Position numbers and translations under genes: made by a program. DNA of 64,000 bases from an uncultured Nitrospirales bacterium (lineage in GTDB: Bacteria > UBA10199 > JADGCS01): positions 19,063 through 83,062 of the forward strand of contig CAZGMS010000148.1 in the NCBI GenBank assembly GCA_964526915.1, read 5' to 3'. Shown here piece by piece: positions 30,031-40,261 of this stretch (the first letter of the stretch is position 1; every line of letters begins with the position of its first letter). The notes beneath the pieces were generated by a model. The model saw only the letters and a program-made list of their open reading frames with translations, did not search any database and had not been told where the DNA came from.

Positions 30031-31368
30031 TTAGACTTCATCGTCTTGCATCACTTCTTCTTGTGCAGGCTTGCCTTCCAAAACCACCGTGATTTCTTCA
30101 CCACCACCCAGCTCTGGCTGATTCGGTTGTTCACCATATTTCACAACAGCAACCGCTTTGCGGTGAATCATGCAAAGTGTTTCTTTATCCATGCCTGGAA
30201 TCCCCGTGAATTCATCGATGTCGGTCTCTGCAATCTCTTCGACTGACCGGAAGGCATGCCCATAAAGCACTGTCGCCAGTGAATCACTGAGTCCCAGCAC
30301 CTCCACAAGTTTTCCTTTGGCAAATTTTGCCATTTCATCGACCTTCGTTTCGCTAAAGACATCGATGTTCCACCCTGTCAAGCTGGCCGCCAAACGCACA
30401 TTCTGCCCCTTGCGCCCAATGGCCAAAGATAATTGATCATCTGGAACAATGAGTTCCATGGATTTTCTTTTCTCAATGATGATGACCTTGGCAACCTGGG
30501 CTGGCGCGATGGCATTACAGACGAATCTCGCCGGATCATTATCCCACAAAACGATATCGATCTTTTCCCCGCGCAGTTCTTGCACAACAGATTGAACACG
30601 GGACCCCTTCATGCCCACACAGGCCCCCACCGGATCCACATCACTGTCTGAAGAATACACTGCGATTTTGGAACGTACGCCAGGGTCTCTCGCCACATTT
30701 TTGATCTCGACAATGCCCTCGGATATTTCGGGAACTTCCATTTCAAAAAGCGATTTTACAAATTGAGGATCTCTTCTAGACAAGATCAGCATTTGAGCCC
30801 GAGCCCGCGTGTCGATCTCGATAAGCAGGGCTTGTATGCGATCACCTGTTTTGAACGTTTCCCCCTCAACCAGTTCCCGACGATAAATCACAGCTTCTGT
30901 TTTGTTGAGATCAATCACCAGGTTCCCTTTTTCAAAACGTCTCACCACGCCGGAAAGGATTTGTCCCAGCTTGCTCTCATACTCATTCACGATAACGTCT
31001 TTTTCTGCCTCGCGTAATTTTTGAATGATGACCTGTTTGGCCGTCTGTGCGGCAATGCGCCCCAGATCTTTTTGGTCAATTTTAACGCCAAAACTGTCTC
31101 CCACCATGGCTTCACCATCCAGCTTTCTGGCGGTAATCAAGTCCATTTCGAGTTGATCATCTTCCACTTCTTCGGCGACAGTTTTATACTGAAACAGTTC
31201 CACCTCGCCCATTTCGGGATTGTATTGTGCCTCAAGGTCACCGTAGAATCCTAATTTTTTTCTGGCCGCTGACATCATAGCCGCTTCAATGGCTTCGATC
31301 AGCGTCTCTTTTGCAATGCCCTTCTCTTTCTGAATTTGCTCAAGCACGTGATTGAGATCGACTATCAT
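30031..31368 (-). CDS. nusA: transcription termination/antitermination factor NusA
   Basis: S1 and two KH domains (GxxG loops GMKGSRVQSV, GRKGQNVRLA), acidic C-terminal repeats; start ATG 31368 with GGAGAGG SD. Confidence 0.9.
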   Translation of the reverse strand: MIVDLNHVLEQIQKEKGIAKETLIEAIEAAMMSAARKKLGFYGDLEAQYNPEMGEVELFQYKTVAEEVEDDQLEMDLITARKLDGEAMVGDSFGVKIDQKDLGRIAAQTAKQVIIQKLREAEKDVIVNEYESKLGQILSGVVRRFEKGNLVIDLNKTEAVIYRRELVEGETFKTGDRIQALLIEIDTRARAQMLILSRRDPQFVKSLFEMEVPEISEGIVEIKNVARDPGVRSKIAVYSSDSDVDPVGACVGMKGSRVQSVVQELRGEKIDIVLWDNDPARFVCNAIAPAQVAKVIIIEKRKSMELIVPDDQLSLAIGRKGQNVRLAASLTGWNIDVFSETKVDEMAKFAKGKLVEVLGLSDSLATVLYGHAFRSVEEIAETDIDEFTGIPGMDKETLCMIHRKAVAVVKYGEQPNQPELGGGEEITVVLEGKPAQEEVMQDDEV

Positions 31369-31437
31369 CTTCCTCTCCTTTTGTATCAAGACACCTCTCA
31401 TTATACTCGCGCCTAACCCCCTCCCGCTTCGCAGTGA

Positions 31438-31920
31438 TTAAGAAGAGGGCGTTAGAGCTGTCTTAAAATGATAATCCAAGTTTGCCTTGGATAGTTTGTT
31501 CAAAGGGACCTTAAAGTCCTGATTATCAATTGTGATGACCAGCGTGTCACCCTCAACTTGTTTTAACACGCCGCGGTAACGTCGCCGCCCATCAATTTTT
31601 TCTTCGGTAGAGACAGTGACTGTTTGACCAATCACCGCCTCAAAATGTTCCTTTGTCCGCAAAGGGCGATTCAGTCCGGGAGAAGACACCTCCAGATGGT
31701 AAGCCCCGCTGATCACGGCTTCTACTTCCAGCACATCTTCAACAGCATGTGAAATCGTGGCACACTCGCCCAGGCTGATCCCGCCTGGTTTGTCTACAAA
31801 AAGTCTTACAATCTTACGCCCGCCTTCCTGCGCCAATTCCACATCCACCAGCTCATAGCCTGCTTGGGTCACAAGCGGCATAACAAGGCTGCGCAGGACT
31901 TCTCGTGTGTCGTTTTGCAT
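31438..31920 (-). CDS. rimP: ribosome maturation factor RimP
   Basis: LVDVEL...LRLFVDKPGGISLGEC...LEVSSPGLNRPL; start ATG 31920. Confidence 0.8.
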   Translation of the reverse strand: MQNDTREVLRSLVMPLVTQAGYELVDVELAQEGGRKIVRLFVDKPGGISLGECATISHAVEDVLEVEAVISGAYHLEVSSPGLNRPLRTKEHFEAVIGQTVTVSTEEKIDGRRRYRGVLKQVEGDTLVITIDNQDFKVPLNKLSKANLDYHFKTALTPSS

Positions 31921-32265
31921 AAGCACCCCCGACAGTGTGCGGGTAAAAAAAAGGGGGCCTTCCGTGTAAGCCCCCAAAAGATATCGCCAGATTGAGCACG
32001 GACCTTATAGGAAAACCCTTTGGGAAATGCAATAAAAAAGCCACTCTCCTGTAATTCATTGCAAACAGTTGCTCTTGTTGCCAGGCAAGGCTACAAAACC
32101 CTCTTTTCCTATAGAAAGACATGCTCAGGCAATTTTTTCCTAGCCAAAACAGTCATTCGCTCACAAAACACAATAATCTCTTGCTGATATCAACGTGTTA
32201 GCCGACAGGCTCTCTGGCATTATTCTTGCTTATAGTGTCTGTAGGACACAGGGGGAGTGTAAACA

Positions 32266-33264
32266 ATGAGACTCACACAACAAGAGTTTGCTACACTGAG
32301 ACAGAGCATCATTGATGGAAACGGGGCAACTGAACTATCCAAAATGCTGTGTTTGTCGGAGACTCATCAACAACAGTTGATTGAGGCGCTCTTCACCAGC
32401 GCTCAAGCACAAACCACGTCAAGTGAGCCCACCATCTTGTTCATTGTTTCGGCCTTGCCCTTTGTCCCTCAGTCGCGGCAGTTTGCCTACCTCATGCGAC
32501 TTATTCCCTTGTTTGGCAAAATCAAGGATGCGCACAAGGCCAATTTGCGGAACCTCATTGATGAAGAGGTTGCGAACAATTTAAGGCCGCTCGAACAGAT
32601 TTCTCTAGCACACGAACTGTCAAATCTGCTCAAAGACTCAAACCCCATTCAGGTTGAAATCGCCTTAGGGGGGCTCGTCAAGATCATTCCCCAGCTGCAC
32701 CTTGTGAATCAAAAAGAATTTTTGCACGACATTCTCGATCTCAGCCAACAGAGTGCTCTGCATGAGCTTACGAGGGAGGCCTTAACAGCCCTCCTGCTCT
32801 CGCTTGAGTCCAGCCATTGTGCTGACCTGGCACTCTTTTTTGCCGATCTTCTCAAAAAAGAAAATTGGCTCTCGCGCAGGTATTTCATCATCGATTTGCT
32901 CAAACAGATAGTATCGCTCCTGCCCGAAAATGATCGCCTCATGCTGGCAGACCAGGTCGCGCCCATGATCTATTTTTCCGACATGACGTTGGTCAAAAAA
33001 ACCATATCTTTTTTTGCCACGACCATCAGTCTATTGCCCATCACGCAGAGGTTTTATTACGCCCAGATGATCGCCAGCCTGATCAATGACTACAACATGC
33101 GTGCTGACGTCATTGATGCCGTAGAAAAAGCGATTCCCCATTTGGCCAACGAACACGAAAAATTATTATTTCTTGAACTATTATCCCAATTCCAACCCGG
33201 ACAAAGCGCCCTGCTGGAAACAGATCACGCGTACATTCCCGTGTATTACCGCTCCGGGGACTAA
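32266..33264 (+). CDS. alpha-helical (HEAT/ARM-like) hypothetical protein
   Basis: ATG 32266 with GGGGGAG SD; repeated approximately 35-40-residue helical units (LLxxLxxxI); no enzymatic motif. Confidence 0.35.
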   Translation: MRLTQQEFATLRQSIIDGNGATELSKMLCLSETHQQQLIEALFTSAQAQTTSSEPTILFIVSALPFVPQSRQFAYLMRLIPLFGKIKDAHKANLRNLIDEEVANNLRPLEQISLAHELSNLLKDSNPIQVEIALGGLVKIIPQLHLVNQKEFLHDILDLSQQSALHELTREALTALLLSLESSHCADLALFFADLLKKENWLSRRYFIIDLLKQIVSLLPENDRLMLADQVAPMIYFSDMTLVKKTISFFATTISLLPITQRFYYAQMIASLINDYNMRADVIDAVEKAIPHLANEHEKLLFLELLSQFQPGQSALLETDHAYIPVYYRSGD

Positions 33265-33326
33265 CCTCTTCCCCAGTATCCTTTTGACTTTACCGTTTAT
33301 CGGACATAAACCGAAGGAAACAGGAG

Positions 33327-35060
33327 GTGCTTTTGGCAGAATTGACCGTCTACCAAAAAAACAAAAAATTTTTTTGTGTCCCCTTGGATTCAAGCCAGCT
33401 CACGATTGGAAGGTCCTCAAAAAACGATCTCATCCTCACAGGTGACCAGGTTTCGCGTCATCACGCTGTGATTGAAAAAATGAATACTGTCTTCTGGCTT
33501 CGCGACATGTCTACAGCAGGAACTTTCCTCAACGATCATAAGCTTGTCGTCCCCACACAGTTGCAACCTGGCAACACAATTGCCATCGCAGATTGGCAAC
33601 TTGTTTTTGCATCAGACTCATCAGTACAGGCCGCCGAAACGGAACGCAAAGAAACACAAATCACCAAGCTCACAGAAGAGCTCCCCGGCGACACAACACA
33701 AATTCTTAAATTTGAGCCCGACGCCTTGTTTTACAAGCAACTCAAGCCCTGTCTGATCATTGAAGATGCCAAAAACGGCAATCGCACCTGTCTGGTCAAA
33801 AAAAACCGTTTGGTGGTTGGCTCCGCAAAAAACTGTGACATTCTTTTGGATGACGAGTTCGTGTCGAAATACCATGCGGAATTTCGTCTTTCCGATCTGG
33901 GGTTTCACGTGGTCGACCTTGATTCAACCAACGGAACGTTCGTCAACAACTTCAAAATCAAAGAGTGCTATCTCAAGGGCGGCGAGAAAATTGAGTTGGG
34001 CAATTCCCGCATCGTCGCTGTGTTCGAAGAGGGTTCCTCGGTGACCTTGGATCCTTTTCACGATAATCATTTTTGTGGCATTTATGCACAGTCACATTCC
34101 ATGCGGTTGCTGTTTTCCAAAATTCAAAAAATTGCCGCTACCGACATGACCACCCTGATCGTTGGAGAAACAGGGTCTGGCAAGGAAATGGTCGCCCGTG
34201 CCCTACACGATCTTTCTGACCGTCGTCACAAACCCTACTTGGTCATCAACTGCGGAGCCATCACAACCACCCTCATCGAAAGCGAGTTGTTTGGTCACGA
34301 AAAAGGGGCCTTTACCGGTGCCGATCAAAGACATCTGGGTGCCTTTGAACAAGCCAATGCCGGCACTGTGTTTTTGGATGAAATTGGAGAGTTGCCGTTG
34401 GAACTCCAATCAAAATTATTGCGCGTCCTGGAATATCAAACACTCAGACGCGTCGGTGGCAGTCAGGACATTAAAATCAACGTCCGCATCATTGCGGCCA
34501 CGCATCGTGATTTGCCTTCCCTGGTCGAACACAAAGCCTTTCGTGAAGACCTTTTTTACAGGCTCTACGTCATTTGTCTCAAGCTTCCTCCCCTGCGAGA
34601 AAGAAAAGAGGACATCCCGTTGCTCACAAAGGTCTTTATCGACAAATGCTCTCCCGACAAACTTTTGTACCTGGATCAGTCCTCCATCGAAAAACTAAAA
34701 AATCATTCCTGGCCTGGCAATGTTCGTGAACTCAAAAACACCATCATGCGCGCCATTGCTTTTTGCCAAAGCAACATCATCACAGCCAGTGACATTGAGT
34801 TCTTGCTGCCTCACAAGGGGCCTGCTATCGAGATGGCAGAGAACGCCGATCCGGCGACTGCGCTGCCGCAAACTCGGGAAGAGGTCATGGCCCCTGAGGC
34901 ACTTCGGGCGCAGGAAAAAAGTCGGATCGAAGGGGTTCTAAAAACCACAAACCACGATAAAACACGTGCCGCAAAACTATTGGGAATGGGAAGGTCCACC
35001 CTGTTTCGAAAAATGAAAAGTCTGGGCATTGCGCTTGACGACACCGACAAACAGGAATGA
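33327..35060 (+). CDS. sigma-54-dependent transcriptional activator with two N-terminal FHA domains
   Basis: Two FHA cores (TIGRSSKNDLIL...SRHHAVIE and VVGSAKNCDILL...SKYHAEF); AAA+ sigma54-interaction domain with GETGSGKE, GAFTGA, ESELFGHEKGAF; C-terminal Fis-type HTH. Confidence 0.75.
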   Translation: MLLAELTVYQKNKKFFCVPLDSSQLTIGRSSKNDLILTGDQVSRHHAVIEKMNTVFWLRDMSTAGTFLNDHKLVVPTQLQPGNTIAIADWQLVFASDSSVQAAETERKETQITKLTEELPGDTTQILKFEPDALFYKQLKPCLIIEDAKNGNRTCLVKKNRLVVGSAKNCDILLDDEFVSKYHAEFRLSDLGFHVVDLDSTNGTFVNNFKIKECYLKGGEKIELGNSRIVAVFEEGSSVTLDPFHDNHFCGIYAQSHSMRLLFSKIQKIAATDMTTLIVGETGSGKEMVARALHDLSDRRHKPYLVINCGAITTTLIESELFGHEKGAFTGADQRHLGAFEQANAGTVFLDEIGELPLELQSKLLRVLEYQTLRRVGGSQDIKINVRIIAATHRDLPSLVEHKAFREDLFYRLYVICLKLPPLRERKEDIPLLTKVFIDKCSPDKLLYLDQSSIEKLKNHSWPGNVRELKNTIMRAIAFCQSNIITASDIEFLLPHKGPAIEMAENADPATALPQTREEVMAPEALRAQEKSRIEGVLKTTNHDKTRAAKLLGMGRSTLFRKMKSLGIALDDTDKQE

Positions 35061-35103
35061 GTCCGGACACCACCCTTTCAACGGTTTTGCCCAAGAGGAA
35101 GAT

Positions 35104-36135
35104 ATGAAAGCCAAGGAACGCCTGATTAACGCCTGCCTCAACAAAACCGTAGACCGCCCGCCCGTTTGGGTCATGCGCCAAGCCGGACGCTATTTGCCGG
35201 AATACCGTTCTCTCAAGGCAAAACACAGCACCAAGCACATGATGACGACACCCAGCATTGCTGCCGAAATCACGACACAACCCGTTTCTATTCTGGGCGT
35301 GGATGCCGCCATTCTTTACAGTGATATCCTCATGATCTGTGACGCCATGGGTCTGGGGTTGCACTTCATCACGGGAGAAGGGCCTCAATTTGATTTTTGT
35401 GTGCGAGACTGTGACGCCGTCAATAGACTGCACACCGACAACATCAACGAGAAGCTGTCTTTTGTGTTCGAAACGATCAAACTCTGCCACAAGAAACTCC
35501 CCAAAGACTTCCCCATCATCGGCTTTGCGGGGGGGCCTTTCACTGTGGCAGCCTACATGTTTTCGGGAAATCATCAGCTCAATTTTTCGGCCATCAAAAA
35601 CTTTGCCTGGACGCAGCCGAAGGTTTACGAACAATTGCTCGACATCATCACGCAACTGACCATCGATTATCTGCTGGCGCAGTCTCGTGCAGGGGTGGCT
35701 GTGGTTCAGGTCTTCGACACGTGGGCAGGGCAATTGTCTTGTGATGATTATGCGCTCTTGGCGAAACCCTTTTCACAAAGAGTCTTTCGTGCCCTGCAAG
35801 AGGCCTACGTCCCGTCAATTCATTATGTGCTTAATGGATTTCATTTGCTGCCAGAAATGATTCACGTGCCGTCAGACGCGCTGGGCATTGATTGGCGAAC
35901 CGGCATCGACGTGTGGAAAAAACACTCACACGAAAAATTTGCCATTCAGGGCAATTTTGATCCTGATGTGCTGTTAACCACACCCGCTCTGATAGAAGAA
36001 CGTCTGCAAAAAATGGCCGACTCAGTCAAAAATCCACGCAAGGGTTTCATTGTGAACTTGGGACATGGTGTGAAGCCAGAAACCCCGGTCAGGAACATGC
36101 GGTTCTTTGTGGAGAAGGCAAAGACGTTTTTTTGA
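35104..36135 (+). CDS. hemE: uroporphyrinogen decarboxylase
   Basis: PVWVMRQAGRYLPEYR hallmark; ATG 35104 with AGGAAG SD. Confidence 0.85.
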   Translation: MKAKERLINACLNKTVDRPPVWVMRQAGRYLPEYRSLKAKHSTKHMMTTPSIAAEITTQPVSILGVDAAILYSDILMICDAMGLGLHFITGEGPQFDFCVRDCDAVNRLHTDNINEKLSFVFETIKLCHKKLPKDFPIIGFAGGPFTVAAYMFSGNHQLNFSAIKNFAWTQPKVYEQLLDIITQLTIDYLLAQSRAGVAVVQVFDTWAGQLSCDDYALLAKPFSQRVFRALQEAYVPSIHYVLNGFHLLPEMIHVPSDALGIDWRTGIDVWKKHSHEKFAIQGNFDPDVLLTTPALIEERLQKMADSVKNPRKGFIVNLGHGVKPETPVRNMRFFVEKAKTFF

Positions 36136-36154
36136 CAACCTGCCAGAAAACACA

Positions 36155-36328
36155 TCACTTCATCTTGGTTTCTTTAAACGCAACGTGTTTGCGCACAACG
36201 GGGTCGTATTTATTCATTTTGAGTTTCTCGGTCGTGTTTTTTTTGTTTTTGATGGTCGTGTAGAAATAGCCCGTATCGGCTGTGCTTTCGAGTTTGATAA
36301 TTTCTCGCGCTTGAGTCTTTTTTGCCAT
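36155..36328 (-). CDS. rpmG: 50S ribosomal protein L33
   Basis: [29 protein letters not shown]; ATG 36328 with GGAG SD; the listed longer ORF is an upstream extension. Confidence 0.8.
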   Translation of the reverse strand: MAKKTQAREIIKLESTADTGYFYTTIKNKKNTTEKLKMNKYDPVVRKHVAFKETKMK

Positions 36329-36558
36329 AACATCTCCTTTTAACACGCCATAGCATCCCACAACACCGGCACATGCCTGGCGCGTAGCGAAGGCGGTTTT
36401 TAACGTCGACAATGCAACGGGGCGGCTGTATAGCGTCAACAGATCAGGAAAGTCAATTCAAGGGAATATCGTGTATCATTTCATGCGAGTATCCCTATGC
36501 CACAATAACAGACTGTACCAAAACCTGTTTTAACAAATCTTTTGGATAGGTTTTTTAT

Positions 36559-37569
36559 ATGGTGAAGCTCATATCGCACTTACTCGTTGCCCTCGTTTTT
36601 TTCGTAGCGCTTGTCGGTGCCGTTGTCTATTACGCCTGGTTACCAACTGGCACCATGACAATTCATAACGAAATCGTTTCGCAAGATCCCCTCTCTTTAA
36701 AAAAACCCGATCAACGCATCAAGCAGCTGACAGTTGTCACATACAACATCGGCTACGCCTATGGTCTGGAGAACAATAAAGGGGGACGGCTGACCAAAAG
36801 CGATGTCACGCGTAACCTGTTACAAATGATCGACGCTTTGCGACAGTCAAATCCTGATATTTTATTTTTGCAAGAAGTGGATTTTCACTCTCGACGCACG
36901 TATGACATCAATCAAGCCGTACTCATCGCCAACGCCCTCAACATGCCTTACTCAGCACACAGCCTCACTTGGGACCACACATACCTCCCGTGGCCTTTTT
37001 GGCCAATCTCCTCACACTATGGCCGGGTGGTTTCGGGTCAAGTGGTCATGAGCCGATTTCCCATCGTGAGCCAGGACGTTCTTGTCTTCGATAAACCTCA
37101 AAGCAATCCTTTTTGGTACAATTGGTTTTATCTTGATCGCGTTGTGCAAAAAATCACCCTGCTCATCAACAATCAACGATATTCTGTCTTTCATGTTCAT
37201 CTGGAGGCGTTCGACGAGAAGGCGCGCCAACAACAAACCGCACGGCTATCCCGTTGGGTATCAGAAAATCGGGAAACCGCGTTGCTGGCGGCCGGTGATT
37301 TTAACAGCACGACTAACATTGGTCCCTCGTTGTCAATTAGGGAGGCAAACGAGTTGCTGGCCTCAAAAGTTTTTTTAAAAACCCTCGAAAAGGAAACCCT
37401 TTTAACAAACGCCGAAACGGCCAACCTGCTCACCTACCCCAGCGACCTACCTCAAATGAAACTGGATCACATTTTTTATTCCTCCAAACTCAAGCCTGTA
37501 AAAACGACTGTCCTGAATTCAAACGCAAGTGACCACGCCGCCGTCTTGTCCACATTCAAACTAAAATAG
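36559..37569 (+). CDS. endonuclease/exonuclease/phosphatase (EEP) family membrane-anchored protein
   Basis: N-terminal TM helix; EEP motifs TYNIGYA, LQEVDF, and C-terminal SDHAAV catalytic His. Confidence 0.6.
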   Translation: MVKLISHLLVALVFFVALVGAVVYYAWLPTGTMTIHNEIVSQDPLSLKKPDQRIKQLTVVTYNIGYAYGLENNKGGRLTKSDVTRNLLQMIDALRQSNPDILFLQEVDFHSRRTYDINQAVLIANALNMPYSAHSLTWDHTYLPWPFWPISSHYGRVVSGQVVMSRFPIVSQDVLVFDKPQSNPFWYNWFYLDRVVQKITLLINNQRYSVFHVHLEAFDEKARQQQTARLSRWVSENRETALLAAGDFNSTTNIGPSLSIREANELLASKVFLKTLEKETLLTNAETANLLTYPSDLPQMKLDHIFYSSKLKPVKTTVLNSNASDHAAVLSTFKLK

Positions 37570-37620
37570 CATGATAATTTTTTCTGAGAATATTTTGACA
37601 CCACATTCAAAACAACAGCC

Positions 37621-37778
37621 TGTGGATAAGGCACAAACTACTTTATTATGAATTACGCGCTGTTACAAAACATTGTCCACAACCACAGACAAGCTTGCTT
37701 TGACCACACAATAACCAAGTCGACTCAAGGAGTTAGGCTTGGAGGCTTTGCCATACACAACAACGCTTCTGTGGATAA
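37621..37778. promoter_or_regulatory. cluster of DnaA-box-like 9-mers (TGTGGATAA x2, TTGTCCACA x1) next to an AT-rich tract
   Basis: Perfect TTATCCACA complements at 37621-37629 and 37770-37778; a 1-mismatch box at 37673-37681; A/T runs at 37780-37870. Confidence 0.4.
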
Positions 37779-37968
37779 GTTTTTTGTAATGTTTTTTCCT
37801 CAATGATTCCGAGAATGAAAAAAATGTCATTTTTTTTTGTTGTCTCTGAGAAGAAAAAAACATTTAATGGGCCATGGCATAGCGCCAGATAAAGATTGAC
37901 AGAGCACAAAGACCCGGCGTCGGTAGGGGCACTTATGAAGCGCCCTTACAGGCCCGGGCCTTTGTGTT

Positions 37969-39528
37969 TTAAAACGCATTGTTTCCCGCCATGCGGTCAA
38001 AACTGCGGTATTGAATCGCCTCCAACAGATGATCCATTTTTATTGCCTCACTTTCTTCCAGATCGGCAATCGTCCGCGAAACCTTGAGAATCCGGCTAAT
38101 CGCCCTTGCGGACAAATGAAATTTTTCCATGGATGACTTTAGGATTTTTTCGCCAGCGACATCCAACTCACAGTGTTTTTCGATGAGCTTGGTTGTCATC
38201 TGTGAATTCAAATAAAGGTCGCTTCCCAGAAAACGTTTTCTTTGAATCCCCCGCACTTTTGTAATGCGCTTGGCCACAACACATGAGGTTTCAACATTGT
38301 TGTTGCGTCGCCTCATATCCTCATAAGCCACGGGTGGTACATCTACATGAAGATCAATCCGGTCCAGTAACGGTCCGGAAAGTTTGGCTCGGTAGCGTTG
38401 TACCTGCTGTGGCGTGCAGGAACATCCAATTTTGGGGTGTCCCAAATACCCACAGGGACAAGGGTTGCAGGAGGCCACCAATATGAAACGTGCCGGATAT
38501 GTTAAACTCGCAGCGGAACGCGAGATGCAAACCTCGTGGCTTTCTAATGGTTGCCTCAGCAACTCAAGAACATTTTTTTGAAACTCAGGCAGTTCGTCCA
38601 AAAATAGTACCCCATTATGGGCTAGGCTCACCTCTCCGGGACGAGGGAATGTGCCCCCTCCAATCAACCCCGCATTGGATACGGAATGATGGGGATCCCT
38701 AAAAGGTCTTTGTGACAGCAACTGGTGTTTTCTTTTGAGAAGCCCCATCACACTGTATATTTTCGATGTCTCCAGAGATTCCTCAAATGTGAGTGGAGGC
38801 AGAATGGTGGGAATCCGAGAGGCCAACATCGTTTTGCCTGATCCTGGGGGACCACTCAACATGATATTATGGCCACCACCAGCGGCCACCTCGATAGCCC
38901 TCTTGGCCTGGTATTGACCGTATATGTCGGAAAAATCCCTGCTCCAGGCTCGCGGGAGTGTTTCTTCGAATTCATTATTGGGTTCCGTCTTTTCTATCTT
39001 GAATTGGCCCGTGAGAAAACCCACAACCTCACTCAAATGAGCAAACCCAAGTACATTCAGGCCTTTGACCATGCCCGCTTCTCCCTGATTTTCCTTTGGT
39101 AAGATGATGTTGCTTATCTTAAGATCTCTCGCCAGTATGGCCATCGGCAACACTCCTTTTATTGGTCTGAGGTCTCCTGTCAGACTCATCTCTCCAATAA
39201 AAAGAGAATCATTAATAAGCTTGGTGTGCAAATTACCCGAAGCCGCCATCAACCCTATGGCAATGGGCAAATCGAAAGCAGTACCATCCTTTTTTGTGTC
39301 GGCTGGTGCCAGATTGATTGTGACACGACGAAAAATAAAATCGTAACCCGCATTGCGTATAGCGGCTATCACCCTATCCTTGCTTTCTTTGACCGCTGAA
39401 TCAGCAAGTCCCACTGTGCTCCATTGAGGCAATTGCGACATACGAATATCGACCTCAACATTAATAAGATAGGCCTCAACCCCAAACAACCCCGCACTGA
39501 AAATTCTTGCAAACATAATCGCTCCCAT
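37969..39528 (-). CDS. Mg-chelatase-like AAA+ ATPase YifB/ComM family
   Basis: N-terminal Lon-protease-like (ChlI-N) domain; Walker A GPPGSGKT; sensor and C-terminal Mg_chelatase_C motifs; alternative start ATG 39516 (MFARIF). Confidence 0.8.
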   Translation of the reverse strand: MGAIMFARIFSAGLFGVEAYLINVEVDIRMSQLPQWSTVGLADSAVKESKDRVIAAIRNAGYDFIFRRVTINLAPADTKKDGTAFDLPIAIGLMAASGNLHTKLINDSLFIGEMSLTGDLRPIKGVLPMAILARDLKISNIILPKENQGEAGMVKGLNVLGFAHLSEVVGFLTGQFKIEKTEPNNEFEETLPRAWSRDFSDIYGQYQAKRAIEVAAGGGHNIMLSGPPGSGKTMLASRIPTILPPLTFEESLETSKIYSVMGLLKRKHQLLSQRPFRDPHHSVSNAGLIGGGTFPRPGEVSLAHNGVLFLDELPEFQKNVLELLRQPLESHEVCISRSAASLTYPARFILVASCNPCPCGYLGHPKIGCSCTPQQVQRYRAKLSGPLLDRIDLHVDVPPVAYEDMRRRNNNVETSCVVAKRITKVRGIQRKRFLGSDLYLNSQMTTKLIEKHCELDVAGEKILKSSMEKFHLSARAISRILKVSRTIADLEESEAIKMDHLLEAIQYRSFDRMAGNNAF

Positions 39529-39853
39529 TCCGTGTTACCGTTTTCCATTCAATTTTCATGCCAAAGGCTTCATGTTTTAGTGTTCGATTATCACTTGCTA
39601 TTTTTTTTATCTCTCACAATAAAGATCGTGCGTCCCGTCCGTGGGACGCATTGTGGGACGAATAGAGAGTTTGAGTGGGATTTGCAGCGGGACTTTTTGG
39701 CCAAATTTGACCTTTTGTAAACTGTGTGCTAACCGGCCTCTCCAATTTTTGGTTGTTCTTTTTTTACATCCGCTAGGTAGCAGGTGGGTGAGGGGGCGAC
39801 ACAAGAAAATGGAAATTAGAAAATAGAGGGAAAATTTGCTACCGCAAATTTTC

Positions 39854-39926
39854 GGGGATGTAGCTCAATTGGTAGAGCGCTTGAATGGCATTCAAGAGGT
39901 AGTCGGTTCGATCCCGATCATCTCCA
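39854..39926 (+). tRNA. tRNA-Ala (anticodon GGC)
   Basis: Cloverleaf folded by hand: acceptor GGGGATG/CATCTCC with G3:U70; D-arm GCTCAATTGGTAGAGC; anticodon stem CTTGA/TCAAG with loop ATGGCAT; T-arm GGTTCGATCC; CCA not encoded. Confidence 0.85.
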
Positions 39927-40135
39927 CGAAAAATGGCTCGCGTTAGCGAGACATTTTGAGTGAGCCCCGCGATGAGCGAAGCGAATTTTGCGGGGCCAGA
40001 CTCGCTCGCCATCTCGTGGCAAGCCGCAACTGTTGCACACCAACTATCACTGGCAATTTGGCAGGACATGAATTATACGCCCCATGGGGTAACGATGTGA
40101 AAAAGTACGACAAAAACGTAAAGGCCATTCAGGAT

Positions 40136-40261
40136 ATGTTAAAAAAAAATGGCGTCAAGATGTCTGCCATCGAAATTCGGGAGCTCATGAAGACCAATGG
40201 ACTTTCTGCCGATGAAGACAAAATAAAATCCTATGTCCGCCAACTTCGCCGCGGCTATTGA
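40136..40261 (+). CDS. small hypothetical protein (41 aa)
   Basis: ATG 40136 with AGGA upstream; the listed longer ORF starts inside the post-tRNA hairpins and is unlikely to be coding. Confidence 0.2.
   Translation: MLKKNGVKMSAIEIRELMKTNGLSADEDKIKSYVRQLRRGY

Noticed and set aside
26000-31977. Unusual order in the rimP-nusA-infB-rbfA-nrnA-truB cluster
   Set aside because: A DHH phosphoesterase between rbfA and truB is a known variant of this conserved ribosome-biogenesis cluster in several phyla. It was not judged novel.
37570-37968. RNase P RNA, 6S RNA or SRP RNA in the long intergenic spacer
   Set aside because: No P4-like GGAAAGTCCGGGC, SRP GGTCCGGAAGGAAGCAGC or 6S central-bubble features could be found by eye.
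39956-40261. 101-aa ORF immediately after tRNA-Ala
   Set aside because: Its 5' half overlaps two strong hairpins (CTCGC-GTTA-GCGAG and GCCCCGC...GCGGGGC) that look like tRNA 3' processing or terminator structures. Only the 41-codon ATG-initiated tail was kept, at low confidence.
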